Program-made: the position numbers and the translations under genes
Notes under the pieces: model-generated
Told to the model about the DNA's origin: nothing
Database searches by the model: none
Seen by the model: the letters and a program-made list of their open reading frames with translations, nothing else
NCBI GenBank assembly: GCA_977030845.1
Contig: OZ365110.1
Location: 20,026,001 to 20,090,000 of the forward strand
DNA length: 64,000 nt
Direction: 5' to 3'
Source: Fimbriosthenelais zetlandica
Lineage: Eukaryota
Shown: positions 28,031 through 41,340 of the stretch, piece after piece
Numbering within the stretch: the stretch's first letter is position 1
How the letters are laid out: each line of letters starts with the position of its first letter

Positions 28031-31000
28031 AATGTGGGTCTCGGTTGAAGCTGAATGAGCTGCTCATAAAATGTTGTCCTGTCCCATTTAGAAACCTGCA
28101 GGCTAGTCCTGAGGGACTGTAAAGTCCACCTTATTCGGTAGAGTAGTGCCAGGTTAGCGCCTGGGGGCAAATGGAAAACTACACTTGTAATGCCATGTTC
28201 TAATGGGACAACTGAACAAAACCTGTATACATGCGTTAGCCTGTTGAATATGAAAGGGCAAGATTCACTGTGTGACAATGTAGTGTTTCCTTCTGTTTTA
28301 CATGTTATATTTTAATATACAATCAATAATGTTGCCTTCGGGAAGTATTCGATATTAGTGTGGAATTCCATACACAATGTAATAATTTGTACACAATTTA
28401 AGAATATAGCTCATCATTCTCAGCAAGATCAGGAATGTGGACACTAGCCAAAGGCAATAAATTTATGATCGCTAGCTTTGATCATATTATTGAACATTAC
28501 ACGGTTGTATTACAATTTCTCACATTTCGGCCATCATACCTGTTCACGCTTCCTGCCCGCTGGCATGGAAAGTTTCCGGAGACTTCTGGCCTACTTCTAT
28601 AAGAATCCCTTTCTGGTTGCTATAGAAACGCTGCATGGTGAATCCTGCCTATTATACATCATGCTATCAGCTGTTATTCCTTCCCAATACAAAGCAAATG
28701 TATTCCTCCTGAGGTGCAAATCCCACACCCTGCCATGCAACGTTGATTGTTTATGGCGACTTCGTGTGGATGATTGTTATGGGAAATTGCCCGTGTGACA
28801 CAGCCAAACAATGGCCATCAATATTTCTTATATAGCTGTACAGAGAGTTTTTTCTCGGCTGGCAAGCATAACAAGTGTTAAAGATGGTTATTGGAGGCCG
28901 CGCTGGTATACATCATAGTTGTGAAGTCAGCCTTGTCATGGCCTGGTGGATGGCTTCCCCGCAGCACTGCTTCTGGGTTTTTGACGTCTATCGATGGGAT
29001 TTATGATGGAATTGTAAATGTCTTAGTGTTGATAAATTACTAGTTGGATCAAATTTATCGACTTACACCTTGATACAATCACTGAATTTCTAATATTTGA
29101 TTTCCAGTTTTTAGGATTTTATACAGATGCTTGGTGAACTACTTTATATCTAATATCTAAATGTACTTCTTTAACGAATATGCGCACCCCCTACTTTAAA
29201 CTTTCCCGTCACCTAAAGTTTCCTCAAAAGCAACATATCATCATGTTATAACTATCCACATCAAGTGGAATAATGACAAGTCTTACATAGAGAGAGATAT
29301 ATGGTGTACTTCAAGTATAAAAGTAAATCCCGAGGCAATCCATTAGGTACCTTTATGTGGCATTTATGTTCCTGCTGCAGAAAAGGTTCAGAATAATAAT
29401 GCAGACCAGGATTTATGTATCTGGTGGATCCTCTATGCATGACAATGTCCTCTAAATATCCATTAGAGAAGGATAAATTCCACTTGATCTATTGCGTACT
29501 TGCCGCTTCCATATCTTGGACTGTTCTAAATTTAATTAAGTCATATAAATACAAAGCACCCGAGTCTATAAAAACTTGGCACTGAACATATTGTATATCT
29601 GCTGATGACATTTGAAGCATTATGTTCTGCTAATCTATCAACCGTGCTTTATTATATTAATGCATATCATTAGCAGTCAGATAATTATAGTTCCTTTTAT
29701 TTCATTATGGAACTTTTAGTTCCATTATAGAACCATTTGATCCGGGGCCTTATTCCCTCCAGATAGGGGGGATTCATATATATTCATGGGGCAATGGAAA
29801 TAGTAGTTCCCCATAGATGAGAACATATGGACCAGCCAGAGATGTCACTGTTTGATTGAACGCTTATGTATCTGTCTGTGTGCGATACATATTGATTGTT
29901 ATAAGGTGGGGGTCTTCCAATAAGGGTGTGGTCCGTGGACTTCCCTGTATGCCAACCACTGCTCCAGTGATGCCCAATTCCGCCTATGACTACTCCCACC
30001 CTGTGGGAAATAATGACAGGCAAAGTTAATCAATTCTTTTCGGATTCAGCAAAGTTGGTCTTGTCGTCACTTGGATTGCACACTCGGGTCTTTACAAGTG
30101 AGCGTATTTCCCAACGGCATGTGTGAGGGCTGGGTTTGGCATTGATTATTTGTGAGTTGAGAAAAAGATGGATGGGTGGACGAGTGGGAGGGCTGGATGG
30201 AAGACGCTTATAAAATATTCGCCAGATTTGAGGAACACTCTGGAGTGTATTTTGTCTTTTGGGCGTTTGCCTTCTCACGCCTCTCTATCCTAGGGGGCAG
30301 AACAAATAGTGGCTCGCACTTGAGCTGAAGGGAAATAGCTCATAGGGAAGAGAGCTGCTCAGAGGTGGGATAAAAGTCAGAGGAATGAGACTGGCGGATA
30401 TTAAGCCTCAGAGTAACGTATTGACCGTCAATACTTTCCTCATCTCTCATGAGAACATTGACCGTTAAGTATTATTCTTTGAGCATCTAACTCTGAAAAT
30501 TAAAGGAATAAAGTATTAGCTGTTCTCATGAATTACACAATCGTGTGGAGTTCATAACCAAATGGATCGGTTTGGACTTGGTTTAAGGTCAGAGCGAGAT
30601 TTTGCGAGATTGAGCTCCTACTTCGCGAATGTCGTGTGGTATGTCCCAAACATGATTAATTCAAGCCAATTAAGACTTAAAACATGGAGAGTGGCCATGT
30701 CTGCAGCCCTTCCACTGCACGCCATGTAAAGATTGATGAATTACTTCTGGATTCTGATGGAACATGACCTGCATTTTGGCAAAAAAACTCCTTTTAGAAT
30801 AAACACTTCGATCGTGATTGATGAATCGTGTATAAGACAATTAATTTACATCAGATTGGAAGGCCTTAAATACGTTGGGCCGTATTCTATATGAACGTTA
30901 TTTTATCTGTCAGCTCATCAATTGCTTATGAGAAGTTGACAGACAAACCTGATGGACATCAAGAAATGGCCCATGGACAAGAAGCTGTTTAGCGATCTTC

Positions 31001-32539
31001 AGTGCTGCCCCTTTCATGAATATGCATGCTTGATGGACTATTTTCCGGTAGAACTGGCATGAATTATTCATCTAAAGATCCTGACAAATACTGAATAGGA
31101 ATGAAGGAACTTTTAGCCACTATTGAAGAAGAAATTAGGTAACTGGTTAAATTCATCCATCAGGCTTTTTCCATGATGCAGAGACCTTTCTTTTTATGCA
31201 AGCAGGTTGTAATGCAAGTATGATAACCATTTCTTGCCACGGTTTATACGGCCTCCGTGTATAATTTATAACTCACATATCTCCATTTACCTGTCAGTTG
31301 TGGGGAAAATAACCACCCAGGAGTATTATAAACTCTCTTCCTCTTTCTCCTGCCCACCCATCCATCTTCCACATATCGCCTTTTCAAAATGTCAGTTTGT
31401 AGTAAACAAGGCATATCACTCGCCATTCATTCCAGCCACAGACTGATTAATAAGCCAGGGCCTAGGTTAGGTGGGATTTGATGGGAAATTGGGCTCTTCT
31501 TGAGGGTGATTGACTCATAAAGAAGGACGACACCAGAAGATATTCATTGAATCTTTCCTCCTGAGACTTTTCTTTCGATCCCGGTATTCATCTCAGGGAT
31601 TGGGGATGGGATTTCATGAGAGATACTTGACAATATGTAATCCCGTTCAGCTGCACCTTTCAGATCCGGTCTTATTGCTTTGCTAAACTGGGTGTTAAAC
31701 ATCTGGACCGTCCCGATCCCAAAATCCATAATGTTTGAAAACACTTCTCATCCTATAATTGTCAATACTTAACAACATTCTTGATCTAGCTTTTATAAAA
31801 ATTTTACAAAGATGTTATTGGATATTCATAGCTAATGATCCAATATAGATCAGTCTCTAAAAATAATGATGGTCTATAAAACATGTAATAGTAGAGTCTT
31901 CCTGACAAGGCAGTCTCAAGACTGAACATGAAGGATTGGCTTGAAGCCTCTGGTCATTGAATCAGGTCTAGGCTTGTTCTTTCTTTACACCTTGCCCTGA
32001 GTTGACCTCTTCTGAACATGCTGAGACAAGACCCGAGGACCTTGATGTCCTAGCAGGTTGGCATGGTAACGAGATTATTCCAACATCTTGGCCCATTGGT
32101 CATTTTCCTCCTCTGAAGTGTTCCTTGGTGGCTTTTACTACTGTAGCAATATTATCATAGTGTCTCATGTCTTCTCATGAGTTACCATACACATTCTCCC
32201 ATGTGTGGATCCTATAATTTAGTTTATGGGATTAGGCATTGTTTTATTGTGACATTAACTCGTTACTGACCTTTCCAATTGCATAAAGCAGTCCTCAATC
32301 GAAACAGCAAACCTTCTTCGAAATAGACTAGCACCAAATGTCTCTGTCCGAACTATACATCATACAAAGTGTTCATTATAACAGGGAAGACTAATCCGGA
32401 AAAAATGTCACTTGTATTACTACATTTCTCTCTCTCGATATTGCTTGAGTTTATTAACGTTATCTCTCTACCGCTACCATTCTGTAACATAGAGATAAGA
32501 CTACATTTAATACAGACAGTGGAGGGATGAGTAGTAGAG

Positions 32540-33300
32540 GCTAGCAGGAAATGCCATGCTCCCTTCTGAAAGGCTGGCTTGATAGGAAGGGTTAGAGGTG
32601 ACTGATTTTGCCTGTCAAGGAGGCCAGGCGTTCAGAGTGGCAAAAGGGACATTACACATCCTCAAAGTGCTTCTCTAGCTCAGGGCCTTCTGTCAGATAG
32701 CTTAGGCAGAGATCCACTGTGCTTGTCTCAGGCCTTGATAAAAAGGCCTTCAACTTCTTTCACAGGCACTTTGATAGTAAATTCACTCTGGAAGCTTGTG
32801 GATGTTAAAATATGCAAAGGGAAGCATTACTAGGTCAAGGCAAGTTGGAAACCCCTGTTAATTATGGCCTCTTCAGCCTCGACCCCGATTTGTTTGGGGA
32901 TTTGTATGATTTACATGTCGATTATTGACGGGTTTCTGAATGATGGTTTAAGGGTGAGCTTGAACAAGCTGAAATCACACAGTGGAACAAGGGGATGTCG
33001 GTTCACTTTACCCGGAACCTGTCCCCCTGAAGCTCTTACATCCATGTTAGGGTTTGAACTCAGTCGACCCACTGGCTCCACCTACCGACTCCTGTCTCGG
33101 GGCTTGGCAGTAGTAAAGGCATTGCACCCCATCAGATCAATATCTTTGATCTCACTACAGACATAGCAGCTGCCAAATGGACACCGTGAAGTATTTTTAA
33201 CGGGTCTGGCTTTATTTGATCGTTCATCCAAATGGAATTGATCGCCAGGGTTTTCTTTTTCAACCCTCGGGGAAATTGGCCATAAGTGAGTGAGAATAAT
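32540..33300 (-). mobile_element. Degenerate DIRS1-type retrotransposon RNase H and downstream domain
   Basis: Collinear motifs: PEG* (GWG-like), WMNDQIKPDPLKILHGVHLA (W....HIN.LEL.AV.LA-like), VRASGGQVPGKVN (A.HIPG..N-like), NPSIIDM (P.IDLFA-like), CFPLHIL (YAFPP-like) and PGLLDRQ....KGAWHF (DLL.Q..HP..L.AW-like). Confidence 0.62.
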
Positions 33301-36300
33301 TAGTGATCAGGACCATTGTTTCAACAAGCACATCAAACATTCGCGACACATACCCTGATGAATGTGTCATGGATCAAATATGGTAAACAAAAACAGATTG
33401 GATTTCCATAATAGTCCTGACATAAATAGAGCAGATGCTAAATATACAGATTCGACCATTGTTTTTTGAATTGTCTTTTTATTCTTGTGATGTAATCTAT
33501 AATTTTATGATCAAACGCAATTTTTTGACATGTTTGTTGCTGTTCTGGATATGATTCCAATGGTTGATCATTGGAACCTCGCAGTATTCGGGTTTGGAAA
33601 GTCCTTTGGAAAGTAGCAATATTGCTTGGGTGTACCATGCAATGCTGGACCATGTATATAAATTCACGCTTCACCAAAGTCAGGCTTGTTGCTGGTGTAT
33701 TTGAGGGAAGCTGGGTGGTATTGGGGACTATGGGGAGGGGCAGAACACACAAACATTACACCCAGGCAAACTGATCACCAGCTAAAGGATGATGTATGAG
33801 TCCCTCTAGTGCTTCCGACCGCGTAATAGAGACGTTTCTAGTTGGGGTCAGGCTGGTTAGGCTAACATGACGAAGGTTGACAAGAGAGCAACGCCAACTG
33901 GAAGTGCTCAGGGGGCACTCCAAGCCAAGCTGGTCTCATATAGGCTATTACCCATTCAAGGCTCATTACTGACCTCTGTCCAGAGGAGCCCTCATTAGTA
34001 TCAGTTCATTTTCAATAAGGGGTCACTTGATTGTGGCCTTGTCAGGCGTTTCCTATAGGCAGTGGTCTATGACTATCAATAGAAGGTGCCCTATACTATA
34101 GCCGATATATTTATCATGGCCCCAAGTTGGGCATGCTGAAATTGATTAACTTACATCTTTTCCAATTCCCCTCTCCCATTTTTCCATTCACATTCATGGA
34201 AATGGTTCTGAATAAAACCACCGCACCAGCGAAAATAGCCTTGAGACAAACTTAGGAGACAAAATTTATCACTTCCTTTCAATTTCAATCTGTCGGATTT
34301 CCTCCGAAGAGTCTATATCTGAAGTTAATTGCCAACAGGGTGTTTAGTGTTTAGTCTAGTTGACCTCAGTAATGCTATCAGTCCTCTTCCCATTATAAAG
34401 AATGTCTCATCTTTTAATAAGCTACTGAAGACAGTAGAATTCCATTTCACTCCAACGTGTTTTGATGGAAAAAAATACCGTTGAGACCCTTTTTTCTGAT
34501 TTGCTGTGATAAGCATGAAATTCAATGTCACTAAAAGTGCCCTTAAGCTCCATTTTCTCTGGTCGCCTTGAAATGCTTGCTGAAGTGTTCAGTTCTAATG
34601 GACGCTGCCCCTCAATGCCCCGCCAATCCCCTGGGTGGGGCCGGCTGTGCAAAGGTGGATAACATTGTCAGCTCCCATCAACATTGCCTTCTGAAGTCCA
34701 AAAAGTGGGTCATCAGACCCAAAATATCATGTTCTTTTCTGGTGCATTTGTTCAGTCAAAATGGATTGGGAAGCCTATTGTCCACACCTGATACCAAGAT
34801 CTGTTTTGGATGCATAGACGAAATTCCATAAAAAGTACCTTTTTTCATATTGTTTGTAAAAACATCTTGACATCTTTGGGAGAATCCGGTTGGCTTGGAC
34901 CCAAATTGCTTTGCCAAATGCATTTTCTCCATCATCCCCTTTCACATCCGGCTATTTTTATATACTGCTCACTTTGAGTCCCAAGAACTAGGTGGTCAGG
35001 TGGGAGGTGTCCGTTTCCTCGGAGAAGGTTACAGCCTTTTAGGGATGAAGGCACTCTGATACTGTACACATAATTCCAGTACAGGTTTTCTATATAAACG
35101 AGCTCTGAACTAGCGGTCATTGGCCAGGATTGGCAAGTGAGGTATAAGTGTGTAGATCACATGACCTGGCTTAAAACTCTCCAGCCAATGATAAGAGGGG
35201 GCTTTTCAACTGCCAGCGCCACTTGAAAAGATAAGCCTTCACCCTGAACTAACTGAAAGCCATAACCTTTTGATTGCTTCCTCTCTTCAAGGGGTGCACC
35301 AAACACTGATGGTTATCCGGTGAGAGGAGGGCAATACCTGATGACAGATGATAACATTGTGTCATACTGATAGGGAAGCCAAGGCTATCTGGCTGGTGAT
35401 AAGCTTTCACTCTTGGCTATCGAGCCATGTGCATCTGCCCACATAGTTATAGGCACAATCCATTCTGCTTATTATGGTTCCACAAATATGATTAGCTCTG
35501 ATTTGCCGGTTGATTTGCAATGATGGAATGCCCAATAATTGATTGAAAGGAGAGGAGGTATAGGCTGCAAGGCAGGCATCGATGTGTGCCTAGAGGATTC
35601 CCACAAGAATGATCTTAATTACTTATCTCTAGATATAGCAAATGGACGAATAACACTGATTCCTGTACATAAAATAGTTCGATGGCTCAGGATTACATTT
35701 TTTTGGTATACCTTATAGCTCTTGCACAAAACTTGTACTTAAAAACAAGCTCCTTATATGGTGTTATTGATGGAATTGAGCATGCTGACAGTGCAAAAAG
35801 AAATAACACACTGCAACCAATTAAATATATCCTGTTGGTAACAAGGATATTTTATTTTAGATTAAAAAAACTTTAAATATAGATGCTGCAGTTATGGAGT
35901 GATAAACTACTTTATTTTATGTTTGTGTTGATGTGCTGCAAAATGAATTGCCCATTCATGGAATATAATATTGGAAATTTTTTTGAAAGGTTCTCATACT
36001 GTCATGCCACTGTAGATTTACTCTCAAAACATCATCCATTTTCATCCTGTGTCAGGCTTGGTGAGCCCTGCCCATCAAATATCATGAACAGACAAACTGC
36101 CTGTTAAGCTCTTCCTATCAACTGTTAGACTGGAGCAATGCCATCTTCTTTCCATGAAGGCAATGACCATTACCCTATGAAAAATAAAATATATTTATAG
36201 GAAATGAGCGATTTGATCGGGGGAGGGGGTGTAAAGCTGGCTTGCCGAAGGTCACATTTTACTTATTCTGCAGTCCTGATCATTGTGTGAGCATAATTGG

Positions 36301-37262
36301 ACTTACAGAAGCGTGGTTTCGCTACCTTTCCTGAACCCAAGTCAGAAATGCCCATATTGTCTTGCAGTTGTCGAATGGTAGTTCCTCTGCTTTCCTTTTC
36401 TATGCATAACCCATGCATTGTATGAAACCTTGGGGAATGATTTTTTAAATTGAAAATGGACCTGTCCTCAGTCGATCTGACAGTAGTCTATTCGAACTAT
36501 GCTGAGTGAACAGAAAATGAGCCCAAGTGAAATACGAGTTTAAAATTGAGAGTCCATGTTCCACGTTGCACAAATTAGATTCCTTTCCACGTGGAAGGAT
36601 ATATCATTTCCAGTAAGGAGACCTGCAGGAAACCTTTTGTTATATCATTATCCTGTCAAGGTGTACATATAATTGTCCTGCCACACAGAGGTGGACATAA
36701 TCCTGCAGTATGTAACCATCATATTTAATCTGTTCACAGCCGGGAGCTAGTTAGGCACCAGATCTTACCCGTCATATATATGTACCTTCATTCTCTAACC
36801 ACTCCATTGAGGGGGGCTCTTTCTCAAGGGGAGGAGTGGATTCAGCATCCACGACAGCTGAAGGGAAAGCCAGAGCAGCAGCAGCTAGCAGGGCCATGAT
36901 GATAAGGGGGTGCAGGCTGTAAATGTGGATTTGGACTCTTAGAGCTGGTGGTAATTACATCCGATCAGGCCCGTCCAATTACTGACTGCTTCTTAGCCCA
37001 CATCTCCTCTCTCCTAGCTCTATCTCTCTTCTCGTTCTATATTTCTCTCTATCCCTCTCCACCTCTCTCTGTGTCCCTCCCATCTCCATCTCTTTCCAGC
37101 TCGAGGCCTATATGCCACTTAGACTATTTTTCTTCTTGATATGGCCTACTAATGTAGCCTATGTGGATAATTCATAATTTTTATGTTTTTTTTAACAGCG
37201 CAATTGGCATATATAATAGTGTTGACATGTTCTCAATCACTGTCTCATTGAATTCTACCCTC

Positions 37263-37266
<4 letters not shown>

Positions 37267-37318
<52 letters not shown>
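37267..37318. repeat. (CT)26 microsatellite within a long polypyrimidine region (about 36995-37425)
   Basis: Directly visible perfect CT run flanked by pyrimidine-rich sequence. Confidence 0.97.
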
Positions 37319-37326
<8 letters not shown>

Positions 37327-40300
37327 TTATTTCCCTTTCACTCCTCTTCCCTTTCTTTCCCTCTCTTCCGTCTCCCTCCTCCTCTCCTTCCGCGTCCTCT
37401 CGATCACCCCCCTTCGCCTCTTCTCATCGAGGTGGCTGGTGTGAGGAGCGGTGGGCGTGCTGCATTGTGCACAGGTCATTAGTGACATATGGGCAAGTCT
37501 GAGAGGAGATGGGAAGCTGAGCTTGAACTGCTTTCTTAAAGGAAACCTCACGCTCAACCATCATGTAGCCCGGGGATAATACGGGCCACGACCTTGGCAT
37601 ATTGGTTTGACAGGCCTCATTAGAAGTGGCAGTAGCTGAGTAATCAACCTGCATAACCTTAGTTAGATGTCCTAGGATTTCTCTCATGGAAACACTTCAA
37701 CTATGTCACATTCAGCAGCATCAAATGTCTGCCAATAGTAAAATATTTAATTATTTTATATATAAATTGATTTATCATTATATATCACGGGTGACGGCCC
37801 CTGGATGCGTCGGATTGAATTGTAATCCCTCGGCATTTAAACGTTTTTGACTGTCTTGTCTGTGCATTTAATTCTAATTCTAAATTACCCTAGAATAGAC
37901 CACCTTCTACGCATAAGAATCGAGACATTTCATTTCCTCGCAGTCTGTATTGAAAAAAAGGACTCATGTCTGTATTGTTGGCTCACAGACTTCATTGTAT
38001 ACCATAAGCCTTCCTGATGCTGGGACATGTGGAAGGACCTACAGGATGGAACATCCGAGTAGCAAAACTAGATTGCTTCTGACAGTCTGAACACAAATAG
38101 GCCGTTTCTCTTACATATGTATAGATGTTGCACCTCCACCTGAAGGAAAGCTCGGATGAGGCAGCGACAAACCTGTTAGGTCCTACGTCCACTGCTTCAT
38201 CCTCTTGCATTCCAATGGAGATTGAACTGCGATTAGTTATCGCTGAAAAGCGTTTCCTGGACTGAATGGCATTTCTTTGCCTCCTTCCGACCCTATCATT
38301 TCTTGAAGGAAATTAATTAATCATTATTTAGCCTCATTGTGAATGTCTATCTTATAATGATTATTGCAGAGGGATCAAGCTCAGAGCTCACCCATCTAAT
38401 TCTTCTAGTTTGTTCTTGTTTCCCCAATTTTGCTTGGAAATCTCGTTAAAGAGTGTTTCAAGGGAAAGTTTAACGATTAATCAGTAGTACTTGGGTAGTT
38501 GAACTATCTATTTGGGCATTCTCATTGTAAGGTATCTCTATGAGAAGTGACTATATGCCTTAAGTGCTGAATCTCTTGGACTATCGATACCAGCGCCGAC
38601 TTGATTCATTGCTGATTCATGAGAATATGACATGTTGAAATTGCCACCAAATGGAAGGAGCCATGAAAGCCTGTGGGAATTTGATGAAAAATGTATAACG
38701 ATTCAGTCATTTTCAATGAATTATAGCTGATAGTGCTAGGCTGCTAGTTGTTTTTCCTTCGAATATGAGAAGCCAATCGATCATCAATCGCCATTCATAC
38801 TATCCTTGCGATTTGGAATGAACAGTTTTTTTACAAAATGAACAGATTCGGATCATACTAATGCAGTCTCGGGACTAATTTCTGTCTTTTGTTCAATTGG
38901 ATATTTCGAACAACTTTGAAAATCCTTTGGTCTTTGCTTATCATTATGTATGGCAGTTTGTGTGCTCTTAACAGTAAAAGCTTTACTGTTTCTGACTTGG
39001 AAAAAATTGTGACAAAACAAGACTGACACACATACTCATAGGTCGGATGCTGACAGGTAAATAAGCTTCAATGACACCGAAGATACACTATCTGTAATGG
39101 TTGAAATACCATCTTGTCATCATGGCATCCTATCTGCCCAAAGTTTTTCATCAACCTAGATGATAGGCACACAAGTGATACCATCTCCTTTTCACCTCTA
39201 GCAAGCAAGTGCCTCACTTGTCCCAGGCAGACCATTATTTGTCATATTAGGTGTGTATCGATTGACAATATTCCTGCTTTACCTTCACAATAGCTGCGTC
39301 CTTGCAAGCAACCCGAAGCTACAGAAGTGCTGAGTGGCAACTGCCAATAATGGAAAGATATATGAATGTCATGGCCCATCTGCCATTGCTCCTGATGTAG
39401 ATGTATCACCACTTAAGTTAAGTTGGAATATTTCCACGTGTACATCATAATTACAGGCTCTTAATAACATTGTGTTATTCCATGGGGTAGCATTCCAGAA
39501 AGTGCTTCAGATCGCAAACATTATTGTTTTGCTAGCCGCCGGTCTAATAGTCCATATACATTGCCTGAAGATAGCTATCAGTCAGTGAGCATGTACCGAT
39601 TCGCCATTGTTTCAGGCTTCCATTTTGGTTTCCAAGTTGAATACTCCAGTGTGGCTTCCAACATGGTTTTTTACCTTTCTGCGTTACTTACTAATCCATT
39701 ACCAAGCTGGGGAAGAATCACGCTTGTGTCAATAATTTACATCGCCTGACATGTTATTTTCGGGGAAATCCATCTTCAGCAGGAAGTGGCCTTTCACATC
39801 CCATATGTACATGTCTAGCACGATGGTCTCAAATAATTATGGCCTTGAGTCCACTAGCTTTAACTAGTGTACACCTATCTATGGGATATAGAATAAATAT
39901 GTTGGATTCAAGACGAAGAATCTTACTTTCAAGCACAATTTCTGTTTTGATACATCTAAATCGAAGCTCGCCACCAATGCTCGTTGGGAAAACTTCCTTG
40001 ATTAGAATGATTATGAAAGTTGGCCAAGTGAAAGTTTAACCAGGCTGACAGCTCTATAAAACTCTTCCTATAGGGCAGACATAAAAGCATGTCCAGTTTT
40101 TTTTAGTGGTGGCTGATGGTAAAATGTGCTGAATAAAGACTTGTAGCAGTCATTACCCAGCCTCTCTGCTAACAATGTAGCTAGCCGGGACACTGTGTCA
40201 GCAAAATGCCTCAATTTCCTGCCCGGGTTAGAGTTTCCTAGTCGTATTTCCTGCACTGCCTATAGCTCAGAAAGGTTTCTTGCCTTGTATACCTCCTTCG

Positions 40301-41169
40301 TTCACATTGAGCACAATTTGGTTTTAACCTGTTCAACATTTTTCAACATTTTGATCCTGAAAACCAGTCACTCTGATTCATTAAATATGAAGATATAGAA
40401 AATATTCAGCCCTTAGAGCAGGCTCATATTCTTGCAGAAATATTCCCTGATTATTTAAGGTTATCGTATATGACGGAAACCCCCGATGTCTGATAAGGAC
40501 ACGAGGACGGTGTTGCTTTTATGGATAAAAGCCTCAACCATAATATTACCTCTCTAGAGATATATACAATACTATTCTTGTTTCAGCTATCATTAATCAC
40601 GATATCTCATCATCCAGCCTTCATTCTCCCTGCCATGAAATCTTGTCTTTCTATTTCTGTATTTTATCATCAGATCTCTATGAAACATCATTACGTTCAA
40701 GGTATCCATGCATGTACATATAGCTTTATTTGACAACTTCAACATTAAAAGATCGAAATGAGGGAATCACAATATATCATGCAAATGCTGCAGTTAACTT
40801 AGATAGGACTTTTATGTCCTGAAGGCAAGTCGTTTGTTTAGTGTTGGTTTACAATAGAAGTGTGTAATGTTTAAATTCTTTGGATGCTTGAGTGACTGAA
40901 GAACCTTGAAGTGGCTATATAATGGAGCTGCCTCCTCATTTACAGTATGCATGGAGAGGAGGGGATAAAAATGTCAACCCCTCCAAGTGGAAGATGTGTG
41001 TTAATAGTATATAACGTATGGCACTTGAACCTTGAAGGGACTCCCTGACAGACAGAGCTAGTACTATGAGAGTCTTGAAAGTAGGCCCCTACTTTGGACT
41101 TTCTTCTAAACTTTACTGAGTAGATTTTACGGATAAGTGGTGTGTCTGGACATACAATAGAGTATAGAA

Positions 41170-41340
41170 CTTAATGAGGAGGCTTTAGAGCAGATTAACT
41201 CTTGTATGAGTATGTATCTTGACCGATGGAGTGGAAGGACCAGAGTCTAACGTTTACAGAGTCTGTCAGATCAATATTGGGATGGCTGTACAGTATGTAC
41301 TTGCCAAGGGGCACAGTCAAAGCCTTGGAAATGCGATGGT
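41170..41340 (+). mobile_element. Possible L1/Tx1-clade LINE fragment
   Basis: NEEALEQINSCMSMYLDRWSGR, then in a shifted frame SLTFTESVRSILGWLYSMYLP. This resembles NW....KI...L..W..R.LS..G....S.L.Y....LP. Weak match. Confidence 0.3.

Noticed and set aside
38115-38301. Possible minus-strand exon (NDRVGRRQRNAIQSRKRFSAITNRSSISIGMQEDEAVDVGPNRF...)
   Set aside because: Weak AAG acceptor, no recognisable homology and no partner exons found.
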